NCBI GenBank assembly: GCA_963829055.1
Contig: CAWHHI010000020.1
Location: 256,001 to 320,000 of the forward strand
Source of the DNA: an uncultured Gemmatimonadaceae bacterium
GTDB lineage: Bacteria > Gemmatimonadota > Gemmatimonadetes > Gemmatimonadales > Gemmatimonadaceae
Length of the DNA stretch: 64,000 nt
Direction of reading: 5' to 3'
Every line of letters begins with the position of its first letter. The first letter of the stretch is position 1. The notes beneath the pieces are model-generated. The model did not search any database. It was not told where the DNA came from and worked only from the letters and a program-made list of their open reading frames with translations. Below are positions 56,220-64,000 of the stretch, piece after piece. A program made the position numbers and the translations under genes.

Positions 56220-56767
56220 ATGCACCCACGCACCGAAGAGCTGCTGCGCCACCTCGACGCCAATCGCGTCGTGCTCCGCGCAGCAGTCGACTGATGTCCC
56301 CCCTTCGCTGCGCGAGACGCGCCCCGCTCCCGATCGCTGGTCCGTCGCCGAGGTGCTCGAGCACCTGGCGCGAGTCGAGGAGCAGCTCACGCGTCTCCTG
56401 ACGGCGAAGCTATCCGAGGCGCGCGCTGCCGGCACTCTGGGTCCCGAGTCCAACAGCGATCCGGTCATCGACGCACGCGCCCACCGCATTGTTCTCGACC
56501 GGCGCACTCGCGTCACTGCCGGCGACCGCGTCCTCCCGCGCGGAGAGCTCGACTCCGCCGCTGCACTCGCGAAACTCGAAACCGCGCGCGACAAGCTGCG
56601 CGAGCTACTCATTGCGCACGACGGCGTGAGCGATCGCCGCGGTGTCGCACCCGCATCCGGTTCTCGGACCGATCGACGGATACCAGTGGTTCGCGTTCGT
56701 GGGCTCTCACGAGGCACGACACGCCGCCCAGATCCGTGAGGTCGGAGAAGCAGCGCGAAACGCCTGA
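56220..56767 (+). CDS. DinB-family protein, frameshifted
   Basis: RPAPDRWSVAEVLEHL; HPVLGPIDGYQW..HEARHAAQI. Confidence 0.85.
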
Positions 56768-56883
56768 CTCGGCGGCTGCACGCTGGGCACATCTGCCGAC
56801 GGCTGCATGCTGCGGCCGCACGCTGCCCGCTGCTGCTAATACTCGCCCGGTCACCCACGCGCTGCTCGCTGCACGCAGCGGCA

Positions 56884-56925
56884 ACCAGCGTCACCCAGCA
56901 ACCAGCACGACCACCCAGCCACCAG
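56884..56925. repeat. Family D segment
   Basis: ACCAGCGTCACCCAGCAACCAGCACGACCACCCAGCCACCAG, nearly the reverse complement of 15001-15044. Confidence 0.7.
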
Positions 56926-57072
56926 CGCTGTCCGACGGCCACTCCGACCTTGGACAGTCACTCTGGACGTTGATTGGCTCTGGCCCCCGCAACGCACCAA
57001 CCCGATTGTCGTCGAATTGGCCCCAGCCCCGTCTCCGCGGCTGTCGGCGCCGTCCCCACGATCGGAGGCCAC

Positions 57073-57720
57073 ATGCCCTTGGCGTCGTTCGAGACACCGC
57101 TGGAATCGACGGCCACCCGCGCCTTCCACGACGGTCCCATCCTGGACTGCGCACCACCCACAACTTCACCGCGACTAGACACCACTGATCCGACGCTCCG
57201 CATCCGGGCACACCGCGTCTACCCGGCGTCGCGCGAGGAACTGTTCGCCAGCTGGACGCGACGCACCGCCTGGGACTCCTGGATGCGTCTGCGCTCCCGA
57301 TCGCGCTCGACGCTGTCGCCATGCCGCGGCGGCGCCTTCCGCCTCGAGCTCGCGGAAGGACCGGCGATACACGTCATCACCGGCGTCGTCCATGACATCC
57401 GGCCGGACGAGCTTCTCTCCCTCGGGTGGGTGCATCAGAACACGAACGACCACGGGTCAACGGTCGATGTCACCTTCCAGTCCGCGCACGACGGAACGGC
57501 GCTGACGCTCGTCCACCGCGGCATCACCAGCCGGCGCGAAGCGTCGTGGCTCATGCGCCTCTGGTCCGCTGTGCTCGGGCGGCTCGAGACCTACGTCGCC
57601 GGCGGAGTGGCGTCGTCCACGCGGTGCGACACGCGGCATGTACGTGTGCAAGCGCGGCCGCCACTGATCGGGCGCGTCGCTTACGTGCACACGGTTCGCC
57701 GCGCATCATCCGACGCATGA
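57073..57720 (+). CDS. SRPBCC-domain protein
   Basis: RBS GGAGG; RVYPASREELFASWT..W..GGAFRL..LSLGW..TALTLVH..W. Confidence 0.75.
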   Translation: MPLASFETPLESTATRAFHDGPILDCAPPTTSPRLDTTDPTLRIRAHRVYPASREELFASWTRRTAWDSWMRLRSRSRSTLSPCRGGAFRLELAEGPAIHVITGVVHDIRPDELLSLGWVHQNTNDHGSTVDVTFQSAHDGTALTLVHRGITSRREASWLMRLWSAVLGRLETYVAGGVASSTRCDTRHVRVQARPPLIGRVAYVHTVRRASSDA

Positions 57721-59286
57721 CGAGGCGCCGCGCCCCTGAAGGCATTCCGGTTCTGATCGCCCTCGACACCAAGGCGAGCGGGTCGCTCTCGCGGCAGATC
57801 TATCGCGCGCTGCGCGACGGCATTCTGGCGGGCCGACTCACGGGTGGCCTGCGACTCCCGTCCACCCGCGCGCTGGCAATCGACCTCGGCGTGTCGCGCA
57901 ACACCGTCGTCACGGCGTTCGACCAGCTGCTGGCGGAGGGCTACGTCGAGAGCCGAGTCGGCCGTGGGACACGCGTCAGCCAGACGATGCCGGACCACCT
58001 GCTGCACGCGCGCTCGCGGCCGCGCGTCAGGATCGTGACGACCGCTCCGGGGAACTCTGCTCCGGGGAGCGCTCCCTCCGCGCGCGGCGCGTTGCTCGTC
58101 GATCACGCGCGTCGCAGGTCGGCGGTGGACGAGGGGACGGTCGCGTTCGCGCCCGGCGTTCCCGCGCTGGACCTGTTTCCCTGGCAGACGTGGAGTCGCC
58201 TCGTCGCGAATCGGGCCCGCGAGCTCGGCGCCAGCATCTGGCCGGCTACGCCGATTCGTTAGGCTACCGGCCGCTGCGCGAGGCGGTCGCGCGTTACGTC
58301 GCGGTCGCGCGTGGCGTCAACTGCACCGCGGATCAGGTCCTGATCGTCGGCGGGTCGCAACAGGGGATCGATCTCGTCGCCCGCGTCGCCACCGATCCTG
58401 GCGACTCGGCGTGGATCGAGGATCCGGGCTACTATGGCGCGTTAGGCGCGTTCGCCGGGGCGGGCTTGCGCGTCACCGGCGTGCCCGTCGACGCGGACGG
58501 CATGAGTGTCGCGGCCGGTCGCGTCGGCGCGCCGGCCGCGCGTCTCATGTACGTCACGCCATCGCATCAGTTCCCGCTTGGCGTCACGATGTCGTTGTCG
58601 CGACGGCTGGAGCTGCTCGCGGCCGCGGCGGAGATGCAGGCGTGGATCGTCGAGGACGACTACGACAGCGAGTTCCGCTACGTGAGCCGCCCGCTGACGG
58701 CATTGCAAGGCCTCGATACCGAGAGGGCGCGTCGTGTACGTCGGCACGTTCAGCAAGGTGATGTTCCCCGCACTGCGCATCGGCTTCGTCATCGCCCCGC
58801 AATCGCTGCTGCCAGCGATCACCGCGGCGCGCAAGTTCGCCGGCACGCAACAGGCCGTGCTCGAACAGATGGTGCTCGCCGATTTCATCACCGATGGACA
58901 CTTCGAGCGACACGTGCGACGCATGCGCGCCGTGTACGCCGAGCGGCAGCAGCGATCTCATCGATGCGCTGCGAGCGGAGTGTGCGGGCGTGCTCGATGC
59001 GTCGCCGGCGGGGTCGGGCATGCATCTCGTGGGTTGGCTGCCGCCGGATGCGGATGACGCGGACGTATCGCGCCGAGCAGCCACACGAGGCGTCGATGCG
59101 ATTGCGTTGTCGGCGTTCGCGGTCGGCCGCGGCGTCGGGCGACCAGGCGTGCTGCTCGGCTACGCGCACGTGAATCGCGCGACGATGTTCGCCGCGGCTC
59201 GTGGCCTGGCGGGTGCGATACGAGAGAGTCTCGCACAACGGCCGCGAGCGCTCGCGGGGCGAGCGAGTCGAGGCGCGTCCGACTAG
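57717..59286 (+). CDS. MocR/PdxR-type GntR regulator with PLP aminotransferase domain, frameshifts
   Basis: RLPSTRALA..GVSRNTV, EDPGY, YVTPSHQFPLG, EDDYDSEFRY, GTFSKVMFPALRIG. Confidence 0.92.
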
Positions 59287-59344
59287 CGATCCGGGGCCAG
59301 CCGGGAACGATGCCGCACGCGCCGAATCCACGCTGATGCAGGCG

Positions 59345-59840
59345 TCGCTGCGCCGGTGCCGGTGGGAACTACGATTGGGCGGATCAACTGCAAAACTGCC
59401 GGATACTGCTTTGCATCGACGCTGGCTCATCACCGGGCTCTGAAGTAATAGGAACGGCCGCTCGGGACGCAGGAGTCTCCCGAGCGGCCGTTCCCAAAAT
59501 TCCCGGCTCGTTGCGCGAGGAGCGGGATCTACCGAGCGGTATCCTGCTTCTTCCGTTTCATCCGCCCAATCGCAGTTCCCACCGGCCCCGGCGCAACGAT
59601 GCCGGGAATGCAAAGCCGGCCTGTCATTCCGAGCGGAGGCCCGAAGGGCCGCAGTCGAGGAATCGCGATCGTCCCGATAGAGGGCTCCTCTACCCGTATG
59701 ATCGTCGATTCCTCGACTGCGCCCTGAGCGGCCTCCGCTCGCAATGACAGCCGGCGCGCTCGCTCGGAATGACAACTATCCGGCCGTTTTGCAGTTCATC
59801 CGCGCCATCGTAGTTCCCACCGGCCCCGGCGCGATGATGC
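59345..59840. repeat. Composite repeat family A, copy 3, with nested family C element (59622-59774)
   Basis: Same central GGAACGGCCGCTCGGGA hairpin and ATCCGCCCAATCGCAGTTCCCACCGGCCCCGG arms as the other copies. Confidence 0.9.
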
Positions 59841-59865
59841 CCGGTAAATCAAGTGCATCGCGCCA

Positions 59866-62800
59866 TCACGGTTTCCATACCGGCACTCGGCCACTCGTCC
59901 ACGGCACCCCAGCCGTCTCCGCCTGATCCCCCACGCGCTTGAGATCCTGCTCGACCAGCGTACGCAACCGATCGAGCAGCCCACCGAGCTCCGCGGCCGC
60001 GATGTCGTACTGACGCTTCTGCGTTGCCGTCGCGTCCTCCATCGTGTTCGACCACAGACTGTTCGCGATGCCGTTCACGCGGTTGAGCAACGACGGCGGC
60101 GTCGGCTCGCTGCGTCGCGCCATCGTCGGATCGCCCGCGAGCGCCATTTGAATGTCGCGCAGCCGCCGTCTCGATGCGCCGCACTTCGGCATCCAGCTTC
60201 GTCATCCGCGCTCGGCGTTTCCTGGACGGCGCGCTTGAGCAACTGCACGCGGCTCATTGTTTCATTCGCTACCGCGTTCGCGCCGAGCAATGCGCGTTGC
60301 AGCGCGGCCGTCTTCTGCTGGAATGCGACGACCGCCGGCGGAGCGTGGCGTCGTCCCCGAGTCGAGCGGCGCGACCATGAACGACTGCGGATCGCCTATC
60401 GCGGTGACGACGCCATCGACGCGCTTGGCGAGCGCCACGGTGTAGCGCCCCGGCGCCACCATCGGCCCCGCGGGACCGCCACCACCGAACGGCGTTTCCT
60501 GATCGGGCTCGTCGTTCGCGCCGCCGCCGCCCCACCTCCTCCAGCACCACCGGCGCCGGCGCCGGCGGCCACTGGATTCGGCGTCGGGTACCGCAGGTTC
60601 CACGTCACGCGCTGCACGCCCGCCGTCGTCGGACCCGTTAGGCGCCGCACGACACGACCCTCGGCGTCCGTCACCGTCAGGATCATCGCCGGCGCCTCCT
60701 CCTGATCCTCCACCTTGAGCGAATCCCATGGCGGATACATCACATCCTGCCCACGACGCGCCGCATCGCGCTCAGCTGCCTGACGACGCGCGCGACGACT
60801 GCGCAGCTCGCGGTTGAGGTGATACGTGAACACCGCGCCCGGCGCCGGATTCGGCGTCAGGAAGAACGATGCGCCCTGGAAGCTCGCGCCCGTGCCGCCG
60901 AGTGGGCTCGAGAGCACGTACATGGACGCGCGCTTCACCGGGAACAGCGTCGCCTCGCGCGCGACGACCTGGCGGCGTTAGGCCGCGCAGCGGCGAGAGG
61001 TCATCGAGGATGTAGAAGCCGCGACCGAACGTCGCGACCACGAGGTCGTCCTCGCGCTTCTGAATCGCCAGGTCGCGCACCTGGATCGTCGGCAGCCCGC
61101 CGCGGAGACGCGTCCAGTGCTGGCCGCCGTTCGTCGTCGACGTAGAGACCGAACTCCGTACCAACGAACAGCAGGTTGCGATCGATGTGGTCCTCGATCA
61201 CGACGTACACCGTCCCTCGCTCGGGGAGATTGCCGGCGATCGACGTCCAGCTCCGTCCGAGGTCGGTGCTCTTGAGCACGTACGGCTTGTAGTCGCCCGA
61301 CTTGTGATTGTCGAACGATGCGTAGACCGTGTTCGCGTCGTGCTGCGACGGCGTCACGCGCGAGACGAACGTCGTGTCCGGCACGCCCGGGAAGCGACTC
61401 GATCTTCCGCCAGCTCTGTCCGCCGTTCTCGCTGATCTGAATCAGTCCGTCATCGGTACCGGCGAACAGCAGGCCGTCCTTCACCGGCGACTCGGCGAGC
61501 GTGACGACGCTCCCGTAGAGCGACGTCGACGTGTTCTTCGCGACGGCGTCCACACTCCACACGCGATCCATCATCTTGAGCCGGTTCCGATCGATCTGAC
61601 GCGACAGATCGGGGCTCACCGCGCTTCCACGACGTGCCGCGATCATCGCTCCGGTACACGCGATCCGACGCGAAGTAGAGCCGGGTGTTCGCGTGCGGGC
61701 TGATGATGAGCGGCGAGTCCCAGTGCCAGCGCAGCGGCTCCTCGCCTGGCTCGGACTGTGGCACGATGTTGATCGACTCACCCGTCGCGAGATTGAAGCG
61801 CTGCAGGTTGCCGTGCTGCGACTCGGCGTAGACGGTGTTGGGGTCCTTCGGGTCGACGCGCGACTGGAATCCGTCGCCGCCGGCGGTGACGAACCAGTCG
61901 GCGTTCGTGATGCCATGCTCGGTGCGCGTGCGCGACGGGCCACCTAACGAGAAGTTGTCCTGCGTGCCGCCGTACACGCGGTAGAACGGAAGCGCGTTGT
62001 CGGTGTCCACGTGGTAGAACTGCGTGACCGGCAGGTTGGCGAAGAACTTGTACGTCTGCCCGCGGTCGAACGACTCGTACAGTCCGCCGTCGCATCCGAT
62101 GAGCAGGTGCTCGGTCTCGTCGGGGTCGATCCACACGACGTGATTGTCCACGTGCTTGTTGCGCTCGCCGAGTCGGCGAAAGTTCCTGCCGCCGTCGTCG
62201 GTGATCATCGTCTGCACGTCGACGGCATACACGCGATCGACGTTCACCGGATCGGGGAAGATCTCGTTGTAGTACAAGCCACCCGCCTGGTAGCCGCTCA
62301 TGCGCTCCCAGTTCACGCCACCGTCGCGCGAGCGAAAGAATCCGCCGCGTGCGTTCGCGGCTTCCGCGATCGCGTACACGACGTCCGGATTCGCCGGCGC
62401 GACAGCGAGACCGATGCGCCCGAGATCTTCCGTCGGAAGACCTGTCTGCGACTTCTTCCACGTCGCGCCGGCGTCGGTCGACCGCCAGAGTCCCGACTGC
62501 GGGCCACCGGCGATGTAGCCCCACTGTCGGCGGAAACGCTGCCACGTCGTGGCAATGAGCGATGTCGGGATTGCGCGGGTCGAGCACGATGTCGCTCGCG
62601 CCGGACCACTCGCCGCCGTCGAGCACCTTCTTCCATGTCTTGCCGCCGTCCGTCGTCTTGAACAGCCCGCGATCGCCACCGCGACTGAAGAGCGGTCCCT
62701 GCGCGGCGACGTACACGACGTCGGAGTTTCGCGGATCGATGAGGATCTTGCCAATGTGCTCGGACTGCTTGAGCCCGACGTTCTGCCAGGTGCGTCCGCC

Positions 62801-63344
62801 GTCGATCGACTTGTAGACGCCGTCGCCGTAGGAAACGGAGCGTTGCGCGTTGTTCTCACCGGTGCCGACCCAGACCACGTTCGGGTTCTTCGGGTCGATG
62901 ACGACGTTGCCGATCGAGTACGACGCCTGGTTGTCGAAGATCGGCGTCCAGGTGGTGCCGGCGTTCGTGGTCTTCCACACGCCGCCTGACGCGACGGCGA
63001 CGTACCAGGTGCGCTTGTCGCGCGGATGCACCGCAATGTCCGACAACACGTCCGGACGTGACGGCCGGGCCGATCGATCGGAAGCGCAGGCCGTTGTACG
63101 GGGACGGTGGCTCGGAATCCCCGCGCGCTCGTTGCGTGGTGTCGCGCGCGCCGCCCGCGCCGACGCGTGCGGTGTCTCCGCGCGAGGCGCTGTCCCCACG
63201 CGCGCTGGGTCGCCGAGCGGCGTCGCGTCGCAGGCTGTCACGCGCCTGACGCGTGGTGTCGCGGACCTGTGCGTGGAGACCGGAGGCAGGAAGAACGACA
63301 GCGGCAGCCACCAGCGTGGCCGCGGAAACGACAGACAACCGCAT
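59866..63344 (-). CDS. Second Vps10/BNR repeat glycosyl-hydrolase-like protein, Sec signal, many frameshifts
   Basis: LRFRSIGPAVTSGR, GGVWKTTNAG, YGGTQDN, GGDG, LRWHWDSP, LVVATFGRGFYILDD. Confidence 0.88.
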
Positions 63345-63404
63345 GGAAAGTCCTGGCGAGAGGCGGGAGAAAATTGCGCCAGGAACGTGATGCCGACTAG
63401 CGGT

Positions 63405-63540
63405 TGTCATTCCGAGCGGAGCCGGCAGCGGGAGTCGAGGAATCCTCGGCGTCACGGCAGAGGGGCCCTCTACGGTACGCCGCGATTCCTCGACTGCGTC
63501 GCTCGCTCGGATGACATGCCGCGGCTCCGCTCGGCATGAC
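63405..63540. repeat. Family C element
   Basis: TGTCATTCCGAGCG..GAGGAATC..GATTCCTCGAC..CTCGGATGAC. Confidence 0.85.
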
Positions 63541-63571
63541 GGCCGTCGTCCCGCCTTCCGCCTTCCGGCCC

Positions 63572-64000
63572 TTACAACGCCAACGCCGACTTGAAGACCG
63601 GCTTGTTCTCCGTCAGCACCTTCGCGACGCCCTTCCACGCGTCGCCGGTGTTCACGTCGCGCTTCCACTCGAGCAGCGACACGCGGAGTCCCGCACGCCG
63701 CGCCGTCGTCGAGCGTCTTCTGCAGCGTGTCGCCCGTGCCGAACGGAATGTCCATGAACAGCGCCTTGAGCGGCTTCTTCATCCCGATGAGGTAGTAGCC
63801 GCCGTCGAACGACGGACCGATCACCGACATCGGCCTGGTCGAGCCGCGCGTACGCTTCGCCGATCACCGCTTCGGTCACGCCCGGGCAGTCGACGCCGAT
63901 CAGGATCACGCGGTCCGCGCCCTCCGAGAACGCGCGCTCGAGCGCCGCGAGCATCCGACGGCCGAGGTCGCCGTCGCCCTGCGCGCGGTAGTCGAACAGA
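63572..64000 (-). CDS. DUF2064/TIGR04282-type nucleotidyltransferase-fold protein, 3' part, frameshifted
   Basis: QGDGDLGRRM, ILIGVDCP, GPSFDGGYYLIG, RDVNT. Confidence 0.85.

Noticed and set aside
56285..56300. In-frame TGA in the DinB gene as selenocysteine or readthrough
   Set aside because: Homology continues in a different frame, so it is an indel rather than readthrough
301..61949. GTTAGG as a telomere-like repeat
   Set aside because: Copies are isolated and never tandem; the similarity to TTAGGG is superficial
3158..63540. Intergenic repeats as a CRISPR array or IS elements
   Set aside because: No regular repeat-spacer periodicity, no cas or transposase ORF and no clear target-site duplications
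63572..64000. Arsenosugar biosynthesis locus
   Set aside because: Based on the family label only; no arsM/arsS-type partners are visible in the window
1..64000. tRNA, rRNA or riboswitch
   Set aside because: None recognised by eye; an Infernal/tRNAscan run is needed to exclude them

Overview
High-GC (about 68-70% by eye) bacterial chromosomal segment. The gene mix (ADOP permease with PadR, Hanks Ser/Thr kinase, DUF1552 with ankyrin protein, Vps10/BNR proteins) suggests Gemmatimonadota or Acidobacteriota; this is inference. About 45 CDSs are recognisable, including the glyoxylate shunt aceB-aceA with a divergent RamB/ScfR regulator, a czcCBA-type RND efflux operon, a propeller histidine kinase/REC/REC-GGDEF cassette, a CheB-CheR-histidine kinase fusion and a small glycan operon. 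Many genes are split by 1-bp indels, most simply explained as uncorrected long-read errors, so their coordinates are reconstructed. I found no rRNA, tRNA, CRISPR array or transposase. Three signals stand out. (1) The non-palindromic heptamer CCTAACG/CGTTAGG occurs at least 54 times (hand count) on both strands and in several reading frames, often through rare codons. (2) A DUF2946/CruR-like leader ORF (hydrophobic segment, CxxC, RAPP) lies upstream of the efflux operon. (3) Several families of palindromic intergenic repeats nest inside each other and sometimes supply stop codons or signal-peptide sequence.
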